Below are positions 23,722-33,748 of a DNA stretch of 64,000 bases, one piece after another (the first letter of the stretch is position 1; the number at the start of each line of letters is the position of its first letter). Position numbers and translations under genes: made by a program. The notes below the pieces were generated by a model. The model ran no database searches, was not told the DNA's origin, and saw only the letters and a list, made by a program, of their open reading frames with translations. Origin of the DNA: an uncultured candidate division Zixibacteria bacterium (GTDB taxonomy: Bacteria; Zixibacteria; MSB-5A5; UBA10806); contig CAWDFP010000006.1 in NCBI GenBank assembly GCA_963801605.1, positions 1,504,001-1,568,000 on the forward strand, read 5' to 3'.

Positions 23722-25022
23722 GCCCCGTTGAAATAATAGCCAAGAAGCGGGATGGCAATAAGCTTTCGCGCGATGAAATCGCCCATTTTATTAATTCGTT
23801 CCTAAAAGGCGATATTAAAGATTATCAAATGTCTGCTTTCCTCATGGCGGTCTATCTCAAAGGGATGGATTTCGAGGAAACCGGCTGGCTAACCGAAATT
23901 ATGCTCCATTCGGGTGAGGCAGTTTCCTTCGGCGAGCCGCGCCGACTTTATGTTGATAAGCACTCCACGGGCGGCGTTGGTGATAAAGTTTCATTGATCC
24001 TTGCGCCCTGGATCGCAGCTTGCGGAGCGAAGGTCCCGATGCTTTCCGGCCGAGGTTTAGGTCATACCGGCGGGACTCTCGATAAATTGGAAACGATTCC
24101 CGGCTATAGGACTAATCTCTCGCTTGATGAGTTCAAAAATGGTGTCGAGCGCGTGGGATGCGTAATCTCCGGACAGACGCCTGAAATCGCCCCCGCCGAT
24201 AAGGCTCTTTACGCTCTTCGTGATGTCACCGCTACCGTAGAATCAATTCCCTTAATTTGCGGCTCGATTCTTTCTAAAAAATTCGCCGCCGGGCCAAATG
24301 GGCTGGTTTTCGATGTTAAATGCGGGAATGGGGCCTTTATGAAAACGGTCGAAACCGCCTCCAGTCTGGCCTCGAATCTTATCGGAGTCTGCAAGGCTAT
24401 GGGTCGGAATGTCTGTGCGCTGCTCACCGATATGAATCAGCCTTTGGGGTACGCTTCTGGAAATATTCTCGAGGTCCAGGAATCTGTCGATGCACTCAAC
24501 GGCAGCTTTGCTCCCGATTTATATCGGGTTACTTTCGAGCTTGGAATTGAGATGCTGTTAATTGCGGGCCTCAAACCGAATAGGGAATCCGCTGGAATCC
24601 TTCTTGAGCAAAAGCTTAAAGATGGCTCTGCCTGGCGTAAGTTTCAGGAGATGGTTTCCTACCAGCAGGGTAGTTTGACGATTTTCGAAAACGATAGCCG
24701 GATGCCCAAAGCTCCCGTAATCAGGGAGTTCAAATCTCCTCTCAGCGGATTTGTTCAGGGATTTGAAACCGAGGGAATCGGACGGCTGATTGTCGATATG
24801 GGCGGCGGGCGAAAAACCAAAGACGATATAATCGATCCCCTGATTGGATTTATCTTCCGCAAAAAAATCGGAGAGCCGATCAACGCGGGTGATACTCTTG
24901 TCGAAATCCATGCCCGCGATAATGCCCAGGCGGAACTGGCAGCTTCACGACTTAATGAATTAATCCATTTAGGACCAGAAAAGCCCGAGGCGCCTGTACT
25001 TATAAAAAAACGTCTTATTTAA
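23718..25022 (+). CDS. pdp: Pyrimidine-nucleoside/thymidine phosphorylase
   Basis: DKHSTGGVGDK, SGRGLGHTGGTLDKLE, YALRDVTATV, DVK.G.GAFMK. Confidence 0.95.
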   Translation: MSPVEIIAKKRDGNKLSRDEIAHFINSFLKGDIKDYQMSAFLMAVYLKGMDFEETGWLTEIMLHSGEAVSFGEPRRLYVDKHSTGGVGDKVSLILAPWIAACGAKVPMLSGRGLGHTGGTLDKLETIPGYRTNLSLDEFKNGVERVGCVISGQTPEIAPADKALYALRDVTATVESIPLICGSILSKKFAAGPNGLVFDVKCGNGAFMKTVETASSLASNLIGVCKAMGRNVCALLTDMNQPLGYASGNILEVQESVDALNGSFAPDLYRVTFELGIEMLLIAGLKPNRESAGILLEQKLKDGSAWRKFQEMVSYQQGSLTIFENDSRMPKAPVIREFKSPLSGFVQGFETEGIGRLIVDMGGGRKTKDDIIDPLIGFIFRKKIGEPINAGDTLVEIHARDNAQAELAASRLNELIHLGPEKPEAPVLIKKRLI

Positions 25023-25054
25023 TTACTAACGAAATTTATTCGATAATATAATTA

Positions 25055-25568
25055 ATGAAAATCAGGCTTGCTAAAGTTGATGATGCCCCCGCCATTTCCC
25101 GGGTGCATATCGATTCCTGGCGAACGTCATATAGAGGCATAGTCCCGGACCAGGTGCTCGATAATCTCGATTATGTGCGCAATAATATCCGGTGGCGCGA
25201 GATGCTTTCCAATCTCGGCGAAATGAAGTGCTTTTTTGTTGCTGAGGATGATGATGGCCGGATCGTTGGTTTTGCCATCGGCGGGCCTAATCGGGACGAG
25301 AACACCGGCTTCAACGGCGAACTTTACGCGATCTACCTTATCAAAGAATGCCAGGGACAAGGGGATAGGCAAAATGCTCGTCTCAAAAGTTGCAGCCTGG
25401 TTGGCCAATCGACGATATGATTCCATGCTGGTTTGGGTGCTCGAAAAAAATCCTGCCAAATATTTCTACGAGTCTCTCGGCGCCAGGCCGGTTGGACGGA
25501 AAACTATCGTGATTGGTGATGCTTCACTTGATGAGCTTAGCTACGGCTGGCCTGATATTAAGACATGA
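25055..25568 (+). CDS. GNAT acetyltransferase (frameshift near 25360)
   Basis: IRLAKVDDA, ELYAIYL..QG.GIG, WVLEKNPAKYFYESLG. Confidence 0.85.
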
Positions 25569-25606
25569 TTTCCTAAAAACCATATAGTTGCATTTTTGGC
25601 CCCCAG

Positions 25607-25720
25607 TCGGATTTCTCTATCAATTTTATATCGGTTGCGTCAGTTCTTAGGCCTCCGAGAACTGACGCATTCTACACTGAGAATGGCATGCGCCTTCCCA
25701 AATCGGATTTCTCTATCAAT
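25607..25720. repeat. 18-bp direct repeat enclosing a hairpin
   Basis: TCGGATTTCTCTATCAAT at 25607 and 25703; TGCGTCAGTTCT..AGAACTGACGCA at 25636-25669. Confidence 0.75.
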
Positions 25721-25778
25721 ATAGGTAGGAAGTAATAGTGATTGTTGATGAACTCAGGTGAATATACTAAAAGCCCAC

Positions 25779-27935
25779 CTAAAATCTTTCTTTTTTGGTG
25801 CGGCCTTTTTCATCGAGTCTGAATCGGGAGTCGCTGTCGTTTTCCGGTCGACCCCCCTTGTGATTCAGCGTGCATTCCTCTTTTGGTAACGTTGACTCTG
25901 TAAAGATATCTGTCACCGTACGCGGACAATCCGCACGAGCCAATTTGCCTGAGTCCAGACAAATGGTGGTCGTATAAATTCCCGGCGGCATCGGGAAATC
26001 CTTGACCGGCATATTGGCCGTTGCGGCTATCATAAAATTTGTCCAGATCGGCAGCGCTGTTGTGGCGCCAACTTCGCCTTTTCCGATTCCAATCTTTGTT
26101 TTATCATCGAACCCGATCCAAACGCCGCAAGTGATTTGTGGTGTGAAACCCATAAACCAGTTATCGGTATTATTATTGCTGGTTCCGGTTTTACCGCCCG
26201 CGGGACGGGAAAATCCCAGGGCTCTTGATGCTGCTCCGGTGCCATGATCGACCACCGTTTGAAGCATATTGGTCATGATATATGCGGTTTGAGGGGATAG
26301 GACCTCTTCCTGGTCTGTTCGAGTCTTTTCGAATTTTACATTACCGTAACGATCTACAATTTTCGTTATGTAAAAAGGCGCTTTTCTAATTCCCCCGTTG
26401 GGGAAAACCGAAAAGGCCGGCACCATATCCCACATGGTCACTTCGCTTGAGCCTATCGCCAATGATGGCACCGCATTGAGCGTCGAGCTTATCCCCATCC
26501 TATGAGCATATTCGACTACTTGTTGCGGTGTTACCAGCGGATCCATTATCAATTTGATTGCGATCAGATTTCGCGAGTCTTTGAGCCCGTCGCGAAGCGT
26601 CATTTCGCCTCGGAACGTCATATCGAAATTATCCGGCCGCCATTCTTTGCCGCCGATTGTCAGGACTATTGGCGAATCGATAAAAAGATCCGATGGTGAA
26701 AATCCGTTGTCTATCGCTGTTGTGTAGACGAACGGCTTAAACGATGAACCCGGCTGACGAAGCGCCTGAGTTACCCTGATAAATTTACTGACATTAAAAT
26801 CGCGCCCGCCTACGAATGCCAATACTCCGCCGGTCTCGTTATCGACCGCCATCAGCATCCCCTGTATCTGTTTGTATACTCTTTTGGGTCTGCCATTGCC
26901 GGTGCTGTCCGGTACCAGCATGGTGTATTCGGGATTGTCGGAACGGTGATTGGCGACTGTCTGTCTTTGAAGCTCATCGACCTTGGCAAAAAGCGACCGC
27001 TCAGCCGCCGCCTGCATATTGGCATCGAGAGTGGTATAGATACTCATCCCCGAGGCGTAAAGCGCTTCCTCGCCATAAGTCTCTAAAAGATGCTGCCGAA
27101 TTAGCTCCGTGAAATATGGCGCCTTACCAAAATCGCCCTGATTAGGATTTACTACTAATGGAAGCCTTTTTAGCTTTTCCGCATCGTCATGAGAAAGCTT
27201 ACCGTATTCAACCAACGAATTAAAAACGATATTCCTGCGTGCCAGAGCTCTGTCTGGATGTTCGATTGGGCTATAACGGTTGGGAGCTTTAAGCAGCCCG
27301 ACCAAAACCGCGCAATCGGATAACGTCAGTTCCCAGGCGTCTTTACCGAAATATACCTGCGCCGCCGCCTGGATACCGTATGCGCCTCGCCCAAAATAAT
27401 TCTGATTGAGATACATCTGAAGAATCTCATTTTTCGAATATGTTCTTTCGATTTTTATGGCGGTCAGCGCTTCCTTAATTTTTCTGATATAACTTCTTTC
27501 CGGCGATAATACCGTCGGGAAAAGATTTCGCGCTAATTGTTGGGTTAGCGTCGAGGCCCCTTCGCGGGTTAAGCTAAGACGGGTGAGATTATGTATTGTG
27601 GCCCCCACAATCCGCCTGATATCCACTCCCCAGTGGCTGTAAAATTTGCGGTCTTCGGTCGCTAACAGGCAATCGATAAGATAGGGCGGTATCTTTTCGT
27701 AAGGAATTAGCATGCGGCGTTCATTATAGAACTCTTTTAGGAGCACCCCGTTTCTATCATAAACATGGGTTATCAGGCTGGGCTGGATATCATGCAGCTT
27801 GGCCAGCGATGGTAAATCGCGTCCCAGAGTCCTGGCTACGATTAATCCTATCACGACCACCATGGCCAGCGCCAGCAAACCTGCTATAGCTGCCCTGACT
27901 CGGGGATTGCCGCGGTATTTATAAATTTTAGACAT
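25779..27935 (-). CDS. mrcA: Class A penicillin-binding protein (PBP1A family)
   Basis: EDRKFY.H.G, GASTLTQQ, RKIKE; transpeptidase motifs SSFK, SRN, KTGT. Confidence 0.93.
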   Translation of the reverse strand: MSKIYKYRGNPRVRAAIAGLLALAMVVVIGLIVARTLGRDLPSLAKLHDIQPSLITHVYDRNGVLLKEFYNERRMLIPYEKIPPYLIDCLLATEDRKFYSHWGVDIRRIVGATIHNLTRLSLTREGASTLTQQLARNLFPTVLSPERSYIRKIKEALTAIKIERTYSKNEILQMYLNQNYFGRGAYGIQAAAQVYFGKDAWELTLSDCAVLVGLLKAPNRYSPIEHPDRALARRNIVFNSLVEYGKLSHDDAEKLKRLPLVVNPNQGDFGKAPYFTELIRQHLLETYGEEALYASGMSIYTTLDANMQAAAERSLFAKVDELQRQTVANHRSDNPEYTMLVPDSTGNGRPKRVYKQIQGMLMAVDNETGGVLAFVGGRDFNVSKFIRVTQALRQPGSSFKPFVYTTAIDNGFSPSDLFIDSPIVLTIGGKEWRPDNFDMTFRGEMTLRDGLKDSRNLIAIKLIMDPLVTPQQVVEYAHRMGISSTLNAVPSLAIGSSEVTMWDMVPAFSVFPNGGIRKAPFYITKIVDRYGNVKFEKTRTDQEEVLSPQTAYIMTNMLQTVVDHGTGAASRALGFSRPAGGKTGTSNNNTDNWFMGFTPQITCGVWIGFDDKTKIGIGKGEVGATTALPIWTNFMIAATANMPVKDFPMPPGIYTTTICLDSGKLARADCPRTVTDIFTESTLPKEECTLNHKGGRPENDSDSRFRLDEKGRTKKERF

Positions 27936-27993
27936 CGGCTTTAATTACGCATCAGGGGCATGATTGTGTCAAGGCAATTCCGTCAATATTCTC

Positions 27994-28022
27994 TTGCAAT
28001 CAGCCTTCAATCTCGTTAATTT
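27994..28022 (+). promoter_or_regulatory. Probable sigma70 promoter of tyrS
   Basis: TTGCAA-17 nt-TAATTT, upstream of a GGAGG SD. Confidence 0.5.
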
Positions 28023-28050
28023 TACCTTTTTTAAGGGAGGAGTATTTTTG

Positions 28051-29271
28051 ATGACTACGGTTAGGCCGGAAGAGCAACTTGAGCTAATCAAACGCGGAGC
28101 AGTCGAGATCATCCGCGAAAATGAACTTTTGGAAAAGCTCGAACGTAGCTTCAAGACCGGAAAGCCTCTGATTATCAAGCAGGGATTTGATCCCACCGCG
28201 CCCGACATCCATATCGGTCACATGGTTAGTATCAATAAACTGCGTACCTTCCAGGAACTCGGCCATACCGTCGTATTTTTAATTGGCGATTTCACCGGCA
28301 TGATCGGAGACCCCTCGGGACGGACCTCTACTCGAAAACCGCTTACTCGTGACGCTGTCCTCGAAAACGCCGAAACCTACAAAAGGCAGATCTTCAAAGT
28401 TCTCGATCCCGACAAAACCGTGATTGATTTCAACTCGCGTTGGGGTTTGAGCATGACTTTTACCGATGTTCTGGCTCTGACTTCGCGCTACACTGTTGCC
28501 CGTATCCTCGAACGCGACGATTTCTCCAAACGCTATAACGAGGGCAAACCGATCAGCATGTTGGAATTCATGTATCCGCTGGTGCAGGGTTACGATTCAG
28601 TGGCGCTTAAGGCCGATGTCGAACTTGGCGGCACTGATCAGAAATTCAACCTGCTTGTCGGGCGGGACCTTCAGCGTGAATACGGCCAGGAACCGCAAGT
28701 GGTCTTGACTATGCCCCTCCTTGTTGGCACCGATGGCACCGAAAAGATGTCTAAATCGCTTGGAAATTATATCGGCATTACCGACGAACCGGATCAAATA
28801 TTTGGCAAGACGATGTCGATCCCTGATACTCTTATATTTGATTATTTCAAACTTGCCACCGATGTTGATTTGGCTGAATTGGATATTATTAAAAAGCAAC
28901 TCGAATCGCCTGGCTTAAATCCCATGACTCTCAAAAAGCGCCTGGGCTGGAAACTCGTGGAGATGTATCACAACAAGGACGCTGCCGATGCTGCTCAGGC
29001 CGGTTTCGAAAAGCAATTTTCCAAGCGCGAGGTACCCGATACTGTGCCGGAGCTCTTGATAGCGTCAGATAAAGACAAGGTCTGGCTGCCCCATATAATC
29101 ACTGCTACGGGAGTAGTCAATTCTAACGGTGCCGCCATGCGCCTGATTCAGCAGGGGGGAGTAAAAATCGACGGTGAGACAGTTACCGATAAAGATTATG
29201 AACTTTCTCTTACCAATGGCCATATTATTAAAGTGGGAAAGAAAAATTACTTTAAAATAGGGAAGAAGTAA
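28051..29271 (+). CDS. tyrS: Tyrosine--tRNA ligase
   Basis: [27 protein letters not shown]-terminal S4 domain. Confidence 0.97.
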   Translation: MTTVRPEEQLELIKRGAVEIIRENELLEKLERSFKTGKPLIIKQGFDPTAPDIHIGHMVSINKLRTFQELGHTVVFLIGDFTGMIGDPSGRTSTRKPLTRDAVLENAETYKRQIFKVLDPDKTVIDFNSRWGLSMTFTDVLALTSRYTVARILERDDFSKRYNEGKPISMLEFMYPLVQGYDSVALKADVELGGTDQKFNLLVGRDLQREYGQEPQVVLTMPLLVGTDGTEKMSKSLGNYIGITDEPDQIFGKTMSIPDTLIFDYFKLATDVDLAELDIIKKQLESPGLNPMTLKKRLGWKLVEMYHNKDAADAAQAGFEKQFSKREVPDTVPELLIASDKDKVWLPHIITATGVVNSNGAAMRLIQQGGVKIDGETVTDKDYELSLTNGHIIKVGKKNYFKIGKK

Positions 29272-29272
29272 A

Positions 29273-30356
29273 ATGGAAACTCTAATTGATATAAACGACC
29301 TCAAATCGCGCCTCGAAAAGCTTCGGGGGTATCTTTGAGATTGATCGCTTAAGAGAAACTGCGGTTAAGCTCGAAAAGGAAACCCAGGACCCCAACTTCT
29401 GGGGTGATAATCAAAAAGCTCAATCCACGGTTAAAAAATTAAACGGACTCAAGAAAACTGTCGCCGATTGGGAATCGCTTAAAAAAGAGATTGATGACAC
29501 CGGCGAGCTAATTACATTGGCCGAAAGCGATCCGGGGATGCAACAGGAGCTATCCGCCCAGGCTGGCGTGCTGACCCAAAAACTCGATGATTTTGAATTT
29601 CGCAGTTTTCTTTCCAACGAGGAGGATTCGCAGGACGCTATCCTTGCCATCCATCCCGGCGCCGGCGGTACCGAGTCGCAGGATTGGGCTTCGATGCTGC
29701 TTCGTATGTATCTCCGTTGGGCTGAACGCCATGGTTTCCAAACCGATACGATGGATTATCAGAATGGTGACGAAGCCGGTATCAAGTCTGCCACGCTTGA
29801 AATTAAAGGCCCTTACGCTTATGGCTATCTTAAATCGGAATCGGGAGTGCATCGTCTGGTTCGCATCTCTCCCTTTGACGCCAATAAAAGACGACACACC
29901 TCGTTTGCTTCCGTCTTCATATACCCTGAAACCGGTGAAGATATCAATGTCGAAGTGAAACCCGATGATATCAAAGTCGACACTTTCCGGGCTTCTGGAG
30001 CCGGCGGCCAGCATGTCAATAAGACATCATCGGCGGTGAGAATGACACATATCCCGACAGGGATCGTTGTCCAGTGTCAATCCGAGCGTTCTCAGTTTAA
30101 GAATCGCGAATCGGCTCTCAAGGTCCTTAAGGCGCGCCTTTATCAAAAAGCCCTCGAGGAGGAACGTGCTAAGCTGGCCGTGGTTGAGGCCACCAAGAAA
30201 AAAATCGAATGGGGTTCGCAGATAAGATCCTATGTTTTCCAGCCTTATATGCTGGTCAAGGATCATCGTACTGATTTTGAATCTTCTAATGTCAACGCCG
30301 TCATGGACGGCGAAATTGATGATTTTATACATGCCTTTTTGTCGCATAAAGAGTAA
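29273..30356 (+). CDS. prfB: Peptide chain release factor 2 (programmed +1 frameshift)
   Basis: [25 protein letters not shown], continued in +1 frame EIDRLRE..DPNFW; SPF and GGQ motifs. Confidence 0.97.
29324..29339 (+). promoter_or_regulatory. RF2 autoregulatory frameshift site
   Basis: Internal SD-like GGGGG then TAT CTT TGA G; CTT is codon 21. Confidence 0.92.
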
Positions 30357-30366
30357 AGGAAACGTG

Positions 30367-31362
30367 ATGAATATCGTGACAAGCATTCAGGACAAAGCGC
30401 GTAAGCTGAAAGGACGGATCGTCCTTCCGGAAGGATCAGAAGAGAGAACCGTGCAGGCGGCTAAGAAACTTTTATCCGAGGGTATTTGCGCTCCCGTACT
30501 TTTGGGTGATATCGATCAGATCAAAAAACTCTGCCAGAATTATACTCTCAACCCCGATAAGGTCGAGATCGTCGATCCCGCCAAAGATTCCATGTTTGAT
30601 TTCTATGTTGATGACTACTACCGTCTCCGTAAAGAAAAAGGGATGACCCTCGACGAAGCCAGGCGTGTCCTGCAAAACACCCTGTTTTTCGGCGCTATGA
30701 TGGTCCGGCACGCTCGCGTTGATGGTTCGGTCGCCGGAGCCTTGAGCACCACCGGCGATGTTCTTCGCGCCGCTATCCAATGCATCGGGCTGGCTAAGGG
30801 TATCGATGTTGTCTCCTCTAGTTTCCTGATGGTTCTTCCGGAATTCCAGGGCGAACGCGGTAAGCTCTTCGTCTTTGCAGACTGCGCCGTGCTTCCCGAT
30901 CCCACTGCGGAACAACTGGCCTCGATTGCCATCTCATCTGCCGAAACCATGCGCAAACTTGGCGGCCAGGAACCACGAGTGGCTATGCTCTCCTTCTCAA
31001 CCAAAGGCTCTGCTAAACATGATAGAATCGATAAAGTCCTCAAAGCTCTTTCGATTGTTAAACAAAAAGCCCCCGATCTGGCCGTCGATGGTGAACTTCA
31101 GCTTGACGCTGCTGTCGTGCCCTCGATTGCCAAGCGTAAGGCTCCCGATTCCAAAGTTGCCGGAAACGCCAACGTGCTGATCTTCCCCGATCTCGATTCC
31201 GGTAATATCGGTTATAAGCTTACCCAGCGTTTCGGTGGCGCCGACGCTATTGGTCCTGTGATTCAAGGTTTGGCCAAACCTGCCAACGATCTCTCCCGCG
31301 GATGTTCTGTTGACGATATTGTCAACGTAGCCGCCATCGCATCGGTGCTTTCAAAGGGATAA
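30367..31362 (+). CDS. pta: Phosphate acetyltransferase
   Basis: [46 protein letters not shown]. Confidence 0.94.
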   Translation: MNIVTSIQDKARKLKGRIVLPEGSEERTVQAAKKLLSEGICAPVLLGDIDQIKKLCQNYTLNPDKVEIVDPAKDSMFDFYVDDYYRLRKEKGMTLDEARRVLQNTLFFGAMMVRHARVDGSVAGALSTTGDVLRAAIQCIGLAKGIDVVSSSFLMVLPEFQGERGKLFVFADCAVLPDPTAEQLASIAISSAETMRKLGGQEPRVAMLSFSTKGSAKHDRIDKVLKALSIVKQKAPDLAVDGELQLDAAVVPSIAKRKAPDSKVAGNANVLIFPDLDSGNIGYKLTQRFGGADAIGPVIQGLAKPANDLSRGCSVDDIVNVAAIASVLSKG

Positions 31363-31374
31363 ATAAGTCTATCC

Positions 31375-31825
31375 GTATGCCTCAGGATGGAAGCCTTATG
31401 CGCCATCCTGAGGCATACAATCCCAGGCCAACGATAAACAATATTTTTACAATGATTAATTTATTTAGCCGTAGGTCGCTATTCATTATGCCCTGCTAAA
31501 TAAAATTATTCTTTTTTGTAGTTTTCGTAGGTCGGGTTCCGAGTCCTCTTAGGACGAGAAACCCGACAAAATAAACACGCCCTCATTGCGAGATCCCGTA
31601 GGTCAGGTGCCCCGGCACCTGACAGTTAATTATATGAGTCAGGCCGCAAGCGACTGACCTAGGACTTTTGCGAAGAGAATAACGCAGCGAAACCGGGTGG
31701 CATGCTTGTTCGACCCCGATTTTTTCAGGGGAATAAGCATGTACTTAAAACATTCTTTTTTTGCGTCAGGACGCAGAAAGTCTGTCGTGCTCCGACTCCC
31801 CTACGACGAGAAACCCGACAAACCC
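31375..31825. repeat. REP-like cluster left of the secreted-protein triplet
   Basis: Perfect 16-bp inverted repeat 31375-31418; GTAGGTCGGGTTCC..AAACCCGAC 31527-31567; GTAGGTCAGGTGCCCCGGCACCTGAC 31598-31623 with inverted partner 31638-31662; degenerate copy ~31780-31825. Confidence 0.8.
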
Positions 31826-31950
31826 GGACTAACTTGCCCCAAATATTAATTGGCAATACCTTCCGCCCGTATTATCTTGTAATTGCATTTTGTTTCTGCA
31901 TAAATAAAGTAATTCTTTTTAGCTCAGCTCATCTGATCGGAGGTGTGGTT

Positions 31951-33528
31951 GTGAGGTGCTTAACAGGTTTGATAAATGTGCTGATAGCGGTTTTTATTTT
32001 ACTTATGGTCGATGCCACATTGGCCCAGTCGCCCGGCGACACAATTGGGTGGATGCAATTTGATAATCAAAGCTGGGCTTCTATCGGCCATAAAATCGCG
32101 ATCGATGACGATGGTGGGGCCCATATTGTCTGGCATCAATCTTACCCCGATACAATTGAATGGAACATCAAATACGCTCATATCAGTAGTTCGGGTTCAA
32201 GAGAATATTTCGATCTTGGTGTGGGAGAATGTCCCCAGATTGCTCTTAATTCTCAGAATCAACCGGGCATAACTTTTCATCATGGTGATGACTGGGATAT
32301 GACTTATTGGACTCCTCAAGGCCGCTATCTTTTGCCGGATATCGGGATGTGGCCGATGGTGACTATAGACCGTCAGGATCGGGTTCATATCGCTTATTTT
32401 TGGTTCGGTGGCGGACGGGAAGGCGTCCGCAATATTGGATACGTTCGTTCCGATGATAGTGGTCAGACCTGGACAGAACCGGTAAAAGTCGATTCCGCCC
32501 TTACTCCGTCTTTTATGATCACTTCCAGCCCCGTTTCGGATAAGGTGGCAATAGTTTATTCTAATAATCTGACCTGGGAGCCTGTGGGCGTTTCATATAT
32601 TGAATCCCGAGACGGCGAAAACTGGGATTGGCAGGAAGGCGCCATTGATGTCACCAATTATCCGCACGATCCTTTTGTCACGGGGGATGATCTCGATGCC
32701 GTCTATGATTACAACGATAATCTGCATATAGTCTGGAACGCCCAGGCATGTTATGGTAACAACGATAACGACTCGGTCTATATTCGCCATTATGATTCCG
32801 CCTCGGGGCAGACTAACGTGGTTGCTGTAGTACCGCCCTGGCCGATAGATAATAATTGTATTGTAGGTTGGTGGAATGGCCCCCTCTGTAAAATGTCGAT
32901 TGCTCGTTCAATTGGATCGCTTCTGGCAGTCACATATACCAGATTTGATCCCAAGGATTGCTCGCAGGGAGGGAGCGCCGAGGGTGAAATATTCATGCAA
33001 TTATCTCGTGATGGTCAAACCTGGAGCTTCCCCTCAAACCTCACACATTCCCGGACTCCTTTTTGCGCCTCAGGGGACTGCAATTCCGATCACTGGGGTT
33101 CGCTGGCTGAAAGGCTTGACGGCCATGCACATCTGTTTTATGTCAATGACAAGGACGCTGGTGACCGCTATTTTGGTGAGGGTTCATATACCATTAATCC
33201 GATGCTTTACTACCCTATCCTGATTGAGGAGTCAAATATTGCTGATGGAACAGCTGCACTGCCAAAAGAGATGGTAATTTCCTACAACTACCCCAATCCT
33301 TTTAATGCCCAAACAACAATTCTATATTCTCTCGCAAAAGAGTCGCAAATTAAAATTGAGCTGTTCAATGTCTTAGGTGAAAAAGTTAAAACCCTGAAAG
33401 AGGGAAGAGAGATGGCCGGCAGCTATGCTGTTACCTGGGACGCCGAAGATTATCCATCCGGCATCTATTTCTACTGCCTGCAAACGGAATTCGGCGCTCA
33501 AAACGGAAAGATGGTGCTGCTGAAATAG
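31951..33528 (+). CDS. Secreted Asp-box (BNR) protein with NYPNPFN CTD, paralog 1
   Basis: GTG after GGAGG; signal peptide; RSDDSGQTW; NYPNPFN..SGIYFY..MVLLK. Confidence 0.85.
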   Translation: MRCLTGLINVLIAVFILLMVDATLAQSPGDTIGWMQFDNQSWASIGHKIAIDDDGGAHIVWHQSYPDTIEWNIKYAHISSSGSREYFDLGVGECPQIALNSQNQPGITFHHGDDWDMTYWTPQGRYLLPDIGMWPMVTIDRQDRVHIAYFWFGGGREGVRNIGYVRSDDSGQTWTEPVKVDSALTPSFMITSSPVSDKVAIVYSNNLTWEPVGVSYIESRDGENWDWQEGAIDVTNYPHDPFVTGDDLDAVYDYNDNLHIVWNAQACYGNNDNDSVYIRHYDSASGQTNVVAVVPPWPIDNNCIVGWWNGPLCKMSIARSIGSLLAVTYTRFDPKDCSQGGSAEGEIFMQLSRDGQTWSFPSNLTHSRTPFCASGDCNSDHWGSLAERLDGHAHLFYVNDKDAGDRYFGEGSYTINPMLYYPILIEESNIADGTAALPKEMVISYNYPNPFNAQTTILYSLAKESQIKIELFNVLGEKVKTLKEGREMAGSYAVTWDAEDYPSGIYFYCLQTEFGAQNGKMVLLK

Positions 33529-33636
33529 TAAGCATTTTAAAACTTGGTGACCCCTGCGGTCTTGATAAACCCGATTAAATATATCCTCTTTTATTTCCTG
33601 GGTCCTTTGCGCTACCCTTTTCATTTAAGAATTTCA

Positions 33637-33665
33637 TTGACAACCCTCTCCACGCGGCCTATATT
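33637..33665 (+). promoter_or_regulatory. Sigma70 promoter of paralog 2
   Basis: TTGACA-17 nt-TATATT. Confidence 0.7.
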
Positions 33666-33748
33666 TTTAACATAATTTGTGCCTGCATGAGCGGGAAATT
33701 TTATCACCTATCCTATAATCTGTACAAGCTCCTTCAAGGAGGAAGATT

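Noticed and set aside
31702..31950. 83-codon N-terminal extension of paralog 1 in the ORF track
   Set aside because: Runs through REP repeats; SD and signal peptide point to the GTG at 31951.
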